Source: Chiloscyllium plagiosum
Taxonomy: Eukaryota
Reading direction: 5' to 3'
Length of the DNA: 64,000 bases
Assembly (NCBI RefSeq): GCF_004010195.1
Contig: NC_057750.1
Location: 1,159,768-1,223,767 of the forward strand
This document shows, one piece after another, positions 25,590-37,369 of this stretch. Both the position numbers and the translations under genes were made by a program. Position 1 is the stretch's first letter, and every line of letters starts with the position of its first letter. A model generated the notes under the pieces. It ran no database searches. It saw only the letters and a list, made by a program, of their open reading frames with translations, and was not told the origin of the DNA.

Positions 25590-26285
25590 TAGATTTGATT
25601 TATTACTGTCACATGTACCTAGGTACAGTTGAAAAGTTTTGTTTTGCATGCAGTAAAGACAGATCATGCCATACAAATATCATAAGGTGATAGAACAGGG
25701 CGAGGAATACAAACTTACACAAAATGGTACAAAAAGTGAAATCAATATTAGCTTTGAAATTAGAGAGGTCCATTCAGCAGTTCATTATCAGCAGGAAGAA
25801 GCTGTTCTTGAACCTGTTGGATCGTGTGATTAAGCTTTTGTATCTTCTGTCAATGGCAGAGGTTGGAAGAGATTATCACTGGGTGGGGGGGGGGTGGGGG
25901 GCAGGGGGGAGGGGGGGAGGTTTCAGGACTGAGATGATGAAGAATGTCTTCACTCAGAGAGCTGTGAACCTGTGGAAGTCTCTCCCACAGGAAGCTGTTG
26001 GGGGCCAGTTCATTAGATCGATTCAAGAGGGAGGTGGACGTGGTCCTTGAGACTAAAGGGATCAAGGGGGATTGGGAGAGGGTGGGAATGGTTCACTGAT
26101 CACATTGAATGGTGGCACAGGTTCGAAGGACTGAATGGCCTACTCCTGCACCCATTTACTCTGCTTCTAAGGTTGGTTTGTGTGATAGACTGGGCTGTGT
26201 TCACGACTCTCTGTAGTTTCATATGGTCCTGGGCAGAGCAGTTGCCATGATGCACCTGGAGGGAATGCTTTCTTTGGTGGAGAGT
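25590..26285 (-). mobile_element. Rex1/Babar-type fragment interrupted by a + strand CR1 tail (25920-26165)
   Basis: Similar to 17980-18340; resumes at gtgtgatagactgggctgtgttcac. Confidence 0.6.
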
Positions 26286-26640
26286 AGTATTTCCAGCAGC
26301 TCTGTCATCCTGGGTGTGCTAGGAGAGAGGAATGGCCAATACCAGGAAGACAAGCAACCATAGTGACAGTTGCACAGCTTATAAACAGCAGCCCAAATTC
26401 ATTCATTAGCAGAACCTCCATTATTTACTAGGGCATCATACAGGCAAAACCATTCCGTCCCCACACCCATTTCAACACAGAATAATGATAACTCTCCTGC
26501 TGATTAATGTAGAACTTACTGAACATCTATTACATTTTTACAGTCCAATATTCCTCCACTTGGAGCAGGCGGTATGAATGATTTAAAAACGTTATCAACT
26601 TTTCATGAGAATCAAGAATGCATTCGTTTATTTTAAACAG

Positions 26641-26694
26641 CATGAAAACATCGCAACTGGCAGACAGAATCAGAGTGAGGCCACTGTCCTTGCG
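26641..26694 (+). CDS. Candidate internal exon D (HENIATGRQNQSEATVLA), phase 0->0
   Basis: Acceptor ttcgtttattttaaacag, donor GCG|gtaaat; 54 nt, in frame with exon C. Confidence 0.5.
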
Positions 26695-28159
26695 GTAAAT
26701 ATAAGTCAGCTTCAGCTCAGTTTCTACCAGAATCACAGGAATTGGGAGCTGGAACACAGACTGAGGTCCACCAAATTCATACAACGATTCTGTTAGTCAC
26801 ACAACACAGTGAGACTGGCGTGTTTGACGAATCATAGTGAACAATCTCTATGAATGAGTCCACTATAGGCAAACCCCAATGCTGTTCACCAAATGGCGAG
26901 TCTCAAATTATTAATGTCCAGCAACCTGAAAAAAAAGGTCTATCCTCAGGATATAATCATGAAGAGAGAGCCTTCCTCTGGATTAAGGTTGATCTTGGGC
27001 AGGCTCTGATCACAGTTAATGTCAGAGAGATTTTACAGTATGGAAGAAGGCTCTTCAGTCAATCATTTTTTACCCTGTTCATCAAATTTTCATCTCCTCT
27101 AATGTCATTTTCCTGCATTCGGCCTGTAATTCTGTACATTACAGTGTTCGAGCATCTAAATAGCCTTTAAATATCTTGAGGGTTCCGGCCTCTACCAGTC
27201 TTTAGGCCTGAGTTCCAGATTCCCAACACCCTCGGGACTAATCGTGTTTTCTGCAAACCTCCTCAAACCTTCCTGCTTCTCATCTTCAAACTGTTTTCAC
27301 CTGGTTTTTCACCCCTCTATGAAGGGGAAACTTTTCCCTCCGTCTATCATGTGCCCGTCAGAACTCAGGGTACACCTCGGTCAGATATCCCCCTCATTCT
27401 TCTCTGCTCCAAACCTATCTGGTCTCTCTTCATTGCTGAATCGCTCCTACCCAGGCAACATCCTGATGAAACAAACAGCGAGATTGCTGGAGAAACTCAG
27501 CGAGTTTGGCAGCATCTGGGCAGACAGAAAGCATTGTGGTGAATCTCCTCTGCACTCCCGCCAAGCAGTCACATCCTTCCTGTAGCGCAGTGACCAGAAC
27601 TGCAGGCAATTCTCCAACTGTGACCTCAATGATGTTACGTTCCCACACTGACTGAAGTCAGTGTGAAGGACTCTCCTCCTCGATCTCTCCCTTCACCTAA
27701 GGCAGACCAAATGCACAGCAATCATTTCTTCAAACTGTTTTCACCTGGTTTTTCACCCCTCTATGAAGGGGAAACTGACTGAAGTCAGTGTGAAGGACTC
27801 TCCTCCTCGATCTCTCCCTTCACCTAAGGCAGACCAAATGCACAGCAATCATTTCTCTCCAATGAGAGAACAGCCCCGTAGTCTGGTAGGACAATGGCGG
27901 TTTTACTCTTCAATGTTACAAACAGTCCCATCATAACTATCTACATCCAGTTTTCTAGAACCAATATCCTTTCCCTTTGATAGGTACAAAAACGATTTTA
28001 GAGAAAATAAAAGATTTGTAAAGTGACTATAAACATGGCCCTATTGTTAGAGTATGTTCCTGCGATACAGGTTGGGATGTATGTCAGGAGTATGACCTTA
28101 TTAAACAGTGGGACATGTCAATCTCAGAGTGACTGCTTGTCATCTATTGCTGCTTTTCT

Positions 28160-28495
28160 TGGAATCCCAACAGTGCAAGAAGAGGCCATTTGGCCCATCG
28201 AGTCTGCACTGTCCCTCTGAAGAACATGCCACCCAGACCTACCCTATCCCTGTATTTCTCATGGTTAATCCACATGTACATCCCTGGACACTACAGGACA
28301 ATTTAACAAGGCCAATCCACATAACCTGCACATATTTGGACTGTGGGAGGAAACACAGACACACATAGGAAACCCATGCAGACACGGGGAGAATGTGCAA
28401 ACTTCCCACAGACAGTTGCCTGAGGGTGGAATCGAACCCAGGTCCCTGGCATTCTGAAGCAGCAGTGCTAACCACTGAGCCACTGTGCCACCCCT
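28160..28495 (-). mobile_element. HE1-like V-SINE
   Basis: Reverse complement of head and V-domain. Confidence 0.85.
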
Positions 28496-29249
28496 TTTGT
28501 CCCTCTCCTGTTCAATTCCTACCTCCCTAATCCATCCACTCTCCCTTGTGTTGTTGAGCTGCCTGCTTACAATTGCAGACATTAATACATAAACCGAGAT
28601 TAGTACTATCAAGGTATTTAAATGCAGATTCACTGAGATGATAGCCAGCATGAAGCAATTTAGTTCTGATGGAAATTTTTTTGGAAAAAAAAGCTAGCGC
28701 TGTGAGACCTGAAGAATGGACAGTGAAAGAAGGGGGAGCCAGGGAGGCTCAGAGTGTTTGAAATGGTAAATAATGAAAGCTATCAACAATGGGAGATAAA
28801 CAATCTCGAGAAGGAACTCTTTAAAGCAAAGCAATATTACAAAATAGAAACCATTATCATAAATAGTTGGAGAGACAAACAGTCTCGGAATTTATCACTG
28901 ACTTGAATAAACACATGAAAAGGCAAAGCATTTAGGGTTCATTATGAATCATTCCTCAGTTGTGAGCTACCGCCATCATTGGCTGGGTCAGTATTCGTTA
29001 CTAATGGCCCCTTGAGAAGGGTGGGGGTGAGCTGCCTTCTTGCAGTCCACGTGCTGTAGGTGCTGCGAGGGAGGGAACTCCAAGGCCATAGAACCAAAGG
29101 TGAATGGCAAGACCTGGAGAAAGGTTCAGATGTCAGTCGAGCAAGCCGGCACTGGAATAGGCTCAATGGGTCATTCTGTGCCAGGATTTGTAGGAAGAAC
29201 ATTGAAGCAGAGACCATTCCGGAGAATGTAAACAAGGAGAGGCAATGCC

Positions 29250-29565
29250 TGGTGGAATATTAGTCTAGAGATCCAGGTAATGTTCTGGGGAACCAGGTTC
29301 AAATCCAGCCATGGAGATGGAGGAATTTGAATTCAATAAAAAAATCTGGAATTAAGTCTAATGATGACCATGAATCTATCTCCAGTTACTCGGGGACAAA
29401 AACCCCAGCCGGGCCACTAATGTCCTTTAGGGAATGAAACTTCCACCCTTACCTGGTGTGGCCTACATGGCGCATGGTGATGTGGTTCATTTCTAACTGT
29501 GATCTGGAAAAGTTTGGAATAAATGCTCGGCCAAGACAGTGACACCCTCATCCTGTTAATGAATA
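29250..29565 (+). mobile_element. Family B SINE
   Basis: Matches 800-1135. Confidence 0.75.
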
Positions 29566-30630
29566 ATTGCTTTAAAAGCATCGCAGGTGGGAGGGAGAGC
29601 AGCGGGACTGGAGGAAAGCGGATGAAGACCTTCCTGGTTAAATAGCCCCTTGTGGATGTGACAAACCAGGAATGATGGCAAGCCTGCTCCCGTTTCTATA
29701 ACTCAGATTGTCATCAATCTGCTTTCAATCTTCCAACGTTGTTAATTATTCTGAAAACCAATTACAGACTCTGGAAGCTGAACTGTCACAATGAAGGACC
29801 ATGTGATTGACACACAGCAGAAAGCTGACCGTATCAAGTAGGGGCTGTCTTTAATCGGCACCGTCAGTGTCTTGTCCATCGCAGGTAGATCATTCGGGAG
29901 TTACATTATCAGACATTTGCAATATTTTCTGACCAAGACAGTGTCAAAATCCAACAATATTGAGAATAATTGCTTGGTCTTACACAAACTATCTATGGGA
30001 AACAGGAAGTTAAAGCTTTTCATCAGCAGTATGAAGACAACAAAACAGATTGATACAGCATGAGAGGACGCTGCTGATTGGTTGGATCATCGTTGCCTGG
30101 AGATGCAGCAGTTAACTGCCAATCTTAAATCCCAAAGCAGGCAGGTGGATTCTGATTGTTCAAGGTTTCGTCAAGACAATGCAGCAGTGGTTGGAAATCT
30201 TCAAGGCCCCTTTCTCTCCATGAGCACGAAAGGTACAATGAGGGTACAAATCCCTTTCGCCTCCATAAAACATTAAAGGAAAAGCCACCACAGTCCCAGG
30301 GGGCCGTAGGGCTGCTCTCTCACAAGAGACTTTTGTCCCTGGAGCATCGGAGGTTGAGGGGTGACCTCATAGAGGTTTATAAAATCATGAGGGGCATAGA
30401 TAGGGTGAATGGCAGGTGTCTTTCCCTTAGGGTTGGGGACGGCAAAATGAGGGGGCACAACTTTAAAGTGAGGGGTGATAGATATAGGACATATGTCTCT
30501 TTAGTTTCTTTACTCAGAGAGTAGTAGGGGCATGGAATGCTTTGCCTGCAACGGTAGTAGATTCGCCAAGTTTAAATGTATTTAAGTCGTCATTGGACAG
30601 ACAAATGGACGTACATGGAATAGTGTAGGT

Positions 30631-31280
30631 GGAACCGTTCCCTCCGTGACTACCTGGTCAGTTCCACACCCCCCTACAACCCACCCTCCCATCCTGGTAT
30701 CTTCCCCTGCCACCGCAGGAACTGTAAAATCTGCGCCCACACCTCCTCCCTTACCTTTATCCAAGGTCCTAAAGGAGCCTNNNNNNNNNNNNNNNNNNNN
30801 NNNNNNNNNNNNNNNNNNNNNNNNNNNNNNNNNNNNNNNNNNNNNNNNNNNNNNNNNNNNNNNNNNNNNNNNNNNNNNNNNNNNNNNNNNNNNNNNNNNN
30901 NNNNNNNNNNNNNNNNNNNNNNNNNNNNNNNNNNNNNNNNNNNNNNNNNNNNNNNNNNNNNNNNNNNNNNNNNNNNNNNNNNNNNNNNNNNNNNNNNNNN
31001 NNNNNNNNNNNNNNNNNNNNNNNNNNNNNNNNNNNNNNNNNNNNNNNNNNNNNNNNNCCTCCCCCACTCACCTATTGTACTCTATGCTACTTTCTCCCCA
31101 CCCCCACCCTCCTCTAGCTTATCTCTCCACGCTTCAGGCTCTCTGCCTTTATTCCAGATAAAGGGCTTTTGCCCGATACGTCGATTTCGAAGCTCCTCGG
31201 ATGCTGCCTGAACTGCTGTGCTCTTCCAGCACCACTAATCCAGAATCTGGTTTCCAGCATCTGCAGTCATTGTTTTTACC
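30631..31280 (+). mobile_element. 5'-truncated Penelope-like element (Neptune-like) spanning the gap; probable relative of family 1 units
   Basis: Frame NRSLRDYLV...PGIFPCHRRNCKICAHTSSLTFIQGPK (Cys-rich linker before GIY-YIG); after the gap a pLTR with decayed hammerhead cagataaagggc-tttt-gcccgatacgtc and a family-1-like tail. Confidence 0.75.
30781..31057. other. Assembly gap (277 N)
   Basis: Run of n. Confidence 1.
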
Positions 31281-32284
31281 TTCAGATTAGTATGACAGGG
31301 CGGTGCAACATCGAGGGCCAAAGGGCCTGTACTGCGCTGTAATGTTCTATGTTCGATGTAAGGGGGCATATTTAAAAGGTGAAAGGAGGAAGATTTGAAA
31401 ATGAGCTGAGGGGCAACAATTTTATGCAGAGAGTGGTTGGTGTGTGGCGTGAACTGCCAGAGGAAGTGACAGATGCAGGTGCAGTTACATTTAAAAGACA
31501 TTTGGATAATTACATGAATAGGAAAGGGTTGGAGGGATATGGACCAGGAGCAGGCAGCTGGGACTGGTTTAGTTTGGGAACATGGTTAGCATGAGCTGGT
31601 TGGGCCAAAGGGTCTGTTTCCATGCTGTATGACTCTATGATTGGTGGTGCCTTAACCTGAGGGTCACCGCACATCAGGCAAGGGGAAAGGTTGAGATGGA
31701 GAAAAATGTACAGTAACCTCAGCCAGTACAGGCTGTTGGCATCATTCTGTATTGCATTAATCTTCAATTTTTTTTACCAGGAGCGAATGCTGTGAGCTGT
31801 CTAATGACCTTAAATTAGTTTCTGGGGTAATTTTTAGTACAGTCTGGAAGATTCAATCAATTATTTCTAATAGCAGACTCGCAGCTAATGGTGAGTAAAC
31901 ATGGAATTGCAACATGATGGTATGATTCGATAAACATTTGTGCATCTCTCTGACTTCTCAATGCAGAGGCAACGAGGGGGTTTCTAAGATGGGGCTGTGG
32001 AGAAGGTGAGGCGATCTTTGAAATATCATCTGACTGTTCTCTGACATTGCTACAGAAAAATAGCTTTCAGTTCAGTAATTACTTTGAGATTGCATCTGAC
32101 ACCTTGCATTTGACAGGTTCCCATGAAATGGAGGATCTGTGGCCTTGGTAATGGGATGGCATGGCCCCTGGTAGCCCCGAAGAACCTTACAAAGGTTTCT
32201 CAAAGCAGAGCACAGCAAACAGCTTCCTGCAACTCACTGGGAGCGTGACAATACAGCGGATCGAGAAAATAAACCATTGCGGGT

Positions 32285-32800
32285 ATTCCAGTCCTTCTGC
32301 TGTCAGAAGGATGTTGTGAAACTTCAAAGGGTTCAGAAGAGAGTCACAAGGATGTTGCCAGGGTTGAAGGGTTTGAGCGACAGGGAGAGGCTGAACAGGC
32401 TGGGACTGTTTTCCCTGGAGCGTCAGAGGCTGCGGAATGACCTTATAGAATCATGAGGGACATGGATAGGATAAATAGACAAAGTCTTTTCCCTGGGGTG
32501 GGGGAGTCCAGAACTAGAGGGCATAGGTTTAGGGTGAGAGGGGAAAGATATAAAAGGGACCTAACAGGCAATTTTTTTCACACAGAGGGTGGTACGTGTT
32601 TGGAATGGGCTGCCAGAGGAAGTAGTGGAGGCTGGTACAATGACAACATTTAAAAGGGTAAATGAATAGGAAGGGATTAGAGGGGTATGGGCCAGGTGCT
32701 GGCAAATGGGACTAGATTAATTTAGGATATCTGGTCGGCATGGACGAGTTGGAACAAACGGTCTGTTTCTGTGCTGTACATCTTTATGATTCTATGACAT
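32285..32800 (+). mobile_element. CR1 LINE 3' fragment
   Basis: MRDMDRINRQSLFPGVGESRTRGHRF; typical tail. Confidence 0.9.
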
Positions 32801-33424
32801 GCAACAAAACCTTTACCAATTATGTCAGTGACAGCACTCTGCGACAGAATCTAAATAATGCGACCTGCCCTTGAACAGAAGCTTGGTAATGGTGTAGGGA
32901 TTTAAGGTTGATGCATATTCAACTGGTTCATTGTTAGTGCTGTTTGTTCAATCAGTCCTTTGTGTAATTTGATAGCTTTCCAGATCACTAGTGACCGAAG
33001 AATACGGAGGGAGGCCATTGGCCCTTCCAGCTCATCTGGTCTTCAGTTTGGTCATCACTGCTCTGTATTTTATCTCCATTCACCAACCATGATGTGGTGA
33101 CCCCTTGAGTCCCTTGTCCCATAAGTTCTAGTGTATTTGTCCGGATAGAATTGGGAGAAATTTCTTCAACCAGAGAATGATGGGAATATAGAGTTTGCTC
33201 CAGAAGATTTTGTTGATGTGAATATGAGGTGTACTTCAGGGAAATTTCGACAAACAAATGGGTTAGAGAAATAGAGAGTTGCTAACAGGGTTGAGGAAAG
33301 ATGGGCGGGGACTCAAGTGAAGTCCGAAGGCTAGCCTGGATTTGTTGGGCCAAATGGCCAGTTTCACTGTTGTATATTCTAATATTTATCAAATAGACAA
33401 ATATCTAATAACCTCTGAAATGAA

Positions 33425-33610
33425 CTGTGGGTGCTGGAAGATCTGAAACAAAACCAGAAATTGCTGGAGAAACTCAGCAGGTCTGGCAGTATCTGAGGAG
33501 AGAGAAACAGAGTTAACATTTTCGATCCAAATGTCACTGCATTCGAAAAGTTAACTCTGTTTCCCTCCCCACAGATGCTGCCAGACCTGCTGAGTTTCTC
33601 CAGCACTTTA
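33425..33610. mobile_element. Penelope-derived family 3 fold-back unit
   Basis: Arms gctggagaaactcagcaggtctggcag... / ...ctgccagacctgctgagtttctccagc. Confidence 0.7.
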
Positions 33611-34344
33611 TGTCTCTTTTCAACCAACTTCTATCAGGCCCTAGTCTTGATAGTTTCTTGACGAGGCAAGGGAACGATGAAGTTGCAGATTTCACACCTT
33701 TCTGGGCTTCCTGGTATCCCTCGGAACCATCCAGTGATAATTCCAAGGGAAACCTCTTTGCTCTGGACTCCCGCCTCACCAGAGGAAATATCCCGGGAAG
33801 TTCCATTGTCACCGGGTGTCTGGAAGCAGGAATTCCACCCAATGAGAGCTCAAGTTTAACAACACTACTTTGAAATAAATGTTCAACAAATATGTTCTAG
33901 TTTTACCTGCAGCTAGTGCACTGGGTGATGGTGGTGTTATTGCTAATGGGACCACTAATCCAAGCTAACTAATAATGCTTGGTAACAGGGTTACAATCCC
34001 ACCACAGGACCTGATTAATTTAAATGCAATTCACAAGTCTGGGTAATGAAATTAGTCTTTCTAATGGTGGCCAAAACTGTCATAAGTTTTTGTGAAAGCC
34101 CATCTGGGTCACTCATGTCCTTTAGGGAAGGAAATCTGGCCTACACGTGACTCCACACTGACAGCAATCCGGCTAACTGTTAACTGCCCTCTGAAATGGT
34201 CCAACAAGACACATGGTTCAAGGGCAAAAATCACACAACACTAGATTATAGTCCAACAGGTTTAATTGGAAGCACTAGCTTTCGGAGTGCTGCTCCCCCA
34301 GTCCAACACAGGCACCTCCAAACCATGGTTAAAGACCAGGCTTT

Positions 34345-34815
34345 TTTATTCACTCAAGGGACGTGGGCATCACTGGCTAGGCCAGCATTTATTGCACGTC
34401 CCTAGTTGACCCCTTGAGAAGGTGGGGGTGAACTGCATTATTTAACTGCAACAGTCCATGTGCTATAGGTAGACCTTCAATGCTCTTAGGGAAGGAAATC
34501 AAGATTTAACCAAGAGACAGTGAAGGAACGGCGATATATTTTCAAGTCAGGGTGGTGAGGGGCTTGCAGGGGATGGTGTTCCCATGTATCTGCTGCCCTT
34601 GTCCTTCTAGATGGTAAAGGTAATGGGTTTGGAAGGTGCAGTCTGAGGATCTTTAGTGAATTTACGCAGTGCATCTTGTAGACAGTACACTCTGCTGTTA
34701 CTGAGGTGATGGAGGGAGTGGATATTCGTGGATGTGGTCCGAATCAAGCGGGCTGCATTGTCCTGGATGGTGTCAAGTTTCTTGAGTGTTGTTGGAGCTA
34801 CCCCCATCCAGGTGT
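34345..34815 (-). mobile_element. 3' end of the family-B partner LINE
   Basis: Minus-strand WMGVAPTTLKKLDTIQDNAARLI (RT C-terminus) plus tail. Confidence 0.75.
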
Positions 34816-35056
34816 TCAATTTCTGGAGGAAAATGTGACTACACAGGAGTAAGAGTACAACGTCTGGGACTGTAGATGGTACACGGAAACCAAGTCAGCA
34901 GCTTTAAAAGTAAGACACACTCAAAATCCAATAGTAACTTAGATAACACCAGTTTTGGATCTTCTAGCATTTAAGTATTTATTCCTTCTCAGAAGTGGGT
35001 CAGAAGTTAGGAATTATCTTTACAATAAACTATTCTAGGCCAGCCACTTTCATCAG

Positions 35057-35210
35057 CGCTGAAAATGTGTTGCTGGAAAAGCGTAGCAGGTCAGGCAGCA
35101 TCCAAGGAGCAGGAGAATCGACACTCCTTGGATGCTGCCTGACCTGCTGCGCTTTTCCAGCAACACATTTTCAGCTCTGATCTACAGCATCTGCAGTCCT
35201 CACTTACTTT
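35057..35210. mobile_element. Penelope-derived family 1 fold-back unit lacking the ribozyme loop
   Basis: 16-bp TSD cagccactttcatcag (35041, 35211); inverted arms. Confidence 0.8.
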
Positions 35211-35254
35211 CAGCCACTTTCATCAGTAATGCCTCAGAAATAGATGATCGGTTC

Positions 35255-35410
35255 AAAAACAGAAATTGCTAGAGAAACTCAGCAGGTCTGGAAGCATCTG
35301 TGAAGAAACACTGGACCTGAAACATTGTCTTTGTTTCTCTTCCTCCCAGACCTGCTGAGTTTCTCCAGTACTTTCTGCTTTTGTTTCAGATTCCCAGCAT
35401 TCACAGTTGT
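35255..35410. mobile_element. Penelope-derived family 3 fold-back unit
   Basis: Arms agaaactcagcaggtctgg / ccagacctgctgagtttct; centre ctggacctgaaacatt. Confidence 0.65.
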
Positions 35411-36164
35411 TAGCTTGATGATTGGATGATCTGGTCACCCTGCACTCGGTGACATTTACTGAATGATGACCTTAAGCAATTACCCTGCTCTTCAGAATAC
35501 TGGCCGAAGGGTGTTAATACCCACCCAGCAGAGCACATTGAGCCTCCAGTTAACAGTGAAAGATTAATTTTGTAATTTTTGCTTTACGAATTTTCATGGT
35601 ATCTCAGTTTCCTTCTCACTTGTCCTTTTTAAATAGCCAGCATTGGAAGAAAGAAACTAGGGCACCCTTTGAATCCTCCAGTGAAGCTAAGCATTAACGT
35701 GGCTGATTTGTATTTGAAAGATGAGGATTAATGCAGCCAAAAAAAATGTAATGAAATGTCACACCTGCCAATTCCCATTGTTATCAGGGAGTGCGGAGGA
35801 AATTACTCATAGACTGATTCCAAGCAAACAGTGCAATGCAGGATCACTTCGGTGCTAAATACAACCTGGCCAACAAATTAACGCTACTTATTACAAGAAT
35901 AACAGATACCCTGAAGTGATTTCAAAAGTGTAATTGAATTGTTACCTCCAGATGATTGTTATTAGCTGTTCAATCTCAGCTCTGATCTAATACACACAGC
36001 CTCAGGTCACTAACCAGAGATTCGAGATTCTACGTCGATCTCCTCTGGAGATGACCTTCTCTCCCGGAAGCAATTCCAAAATATCTGGACTGTCCCCTCA
36101 AAATCTTGAACAATTTACTTCTATATTTGAGATTATTTAGCACTGAATGCTGGATGGCAATTAA

Positions 36165-36500
36165 TCATGCAATCCCTACAGCAGAGAAACAGGCCATTCA
36201 GCCCATCAAGCCCACAGTGATCCTCTGAAGAGCATCCCATCCAGAACTACCTGCTTACCCTATTCCTTTAACCCTGCAATACCCATGGCTAACCCACCTA
36301 GCCTGCACATCCCTGAAAACTATGATCAAATTACTACACCCAAACCATCCTAACCTTTGGACTGTGGGAGGAAACCGGAGCACCCGGAGGAAACCTACAA
36401 TGGGAGAATGTGCAAACCCCACACAGACAGTCGCCCGAGGATGGAATCGAACCTGGGTCCCTGCGCTGGGAGGCAGCAATGCTAATCACCGTGTCTCCCC
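36165..36500 (-). mobile_element. HE1-like V-SINE
   Basis: gggaggaaaccggagcacccggaggaaacc (V-domain reverse complement). Confidence 0.85.
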
Positions 36501-36734
36501 ATGTGGAGTGTAATTCTCTCCTCACTTGACTCCCCTCTTTTTAACATTAGGCAGCTCCAACCAGAAGCAGAGCATGAACTGATTTAACCCAGATGTAATT
36601 CCTCCCCACCTCCATCTTAAATGTGAAACCCTCCGCAGTTTGATATTCCCTGATGAAAAGGAGTATCTTCTCAGTGTCTACCTACGGAGCTCCTTCGGAG
36701 TCTTGCTCTTGTTGGGTAACCACACTCTGCATCC

Positions 36735-37110
36735 AAAAGGTTAAGGGCACGCCTCACTCAAACCCTTCTCCCTCCTGCCATCTGGCAGAAGATACCAGAG
36801 CACTCGGTCTCTCACGGCCAGACTGTGCAACAGTTTCTTCCCCCGGGACATCAGGCTCCTTAACACAGTATGATCGAACTCTTGCCCATCTGAAATTCTC
36901 TGCATGACTTCAAATTGATGCTGGAAAAATGTCTATTGTTTTTCATTCTTCCATGACACTGTAACTTGCTTGTTTTGCATTTCTTATGTACTTTATGCCG
37001 TGTAGTTTGTGCTGTCCATGTAGCACCCTCAGTCTGGAGGAAGGCTGCCCTGTTTTACTGGATCCATTGTATGTGGCAGAAAAGACAAATAAAAAGCCAT
37101 TCTACTCTAC
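36735..37110 (+). mobile_element. Rex1/Babar-type 3' end
   Basis: ctcctgccatctggcagaagatacc...aacagtttcttcccc (LLPSGRRY...NSFFP). Confidence 0.6.
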
Positions 37111-37369
37111 TCTCCTTCTGTAAGTCCAAAGAATGTCAGCTCCATCTTCTCAATACTTCCTCCAGAGCCAAATGCCTGATCCCAGGAATGAGTCAAATGA
37201 ACTTTCCCTGAACTGTTATCAGTGCAAGATTGTACTTGTACAAGGTAACCATGTCTGGTCTCAGTAATAACAAAAACAGAAATTGCTGGAAAAGCTCAGC
37301 AGGTCTGGCATCATCTGTGGAGAGAAATCAGAGTTAGCACTTCAAGATCCAGTAACCCTTCCTGGGATC

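Larger units (their letters stand above)
30330..31640 (+). mobile_element. CR1 3' fragments (30330-30630, 31281-31640) interrupted by a Penelope-like insertion
   Basis: LEHRRLRGDLIEVYKIMRG; CR1 3' UTR resumes at 31281. Confidence 0.8.

Noticed and set aside
25882..25920. G-run as a functional G-quadruplex
   Set aside because: Low-complexity tract at a junction between two TE fragments; nothing suggests function.
26850..27170. ORF with WIKVDLG resembling a discoidin/F5-8C motif
   Set aside because: Only a short match, other domain residues absent, no convincing splice sites.
30582..31161. Long ORFs spanning X residues
   Set aside because: Artefacts of the N gap.
33610..33873. GC-richer segment with overlapping ORFs as an exon
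   Set aside because: No convincing acceptor/donor pair compatible with the exon chain and no recognisable product.
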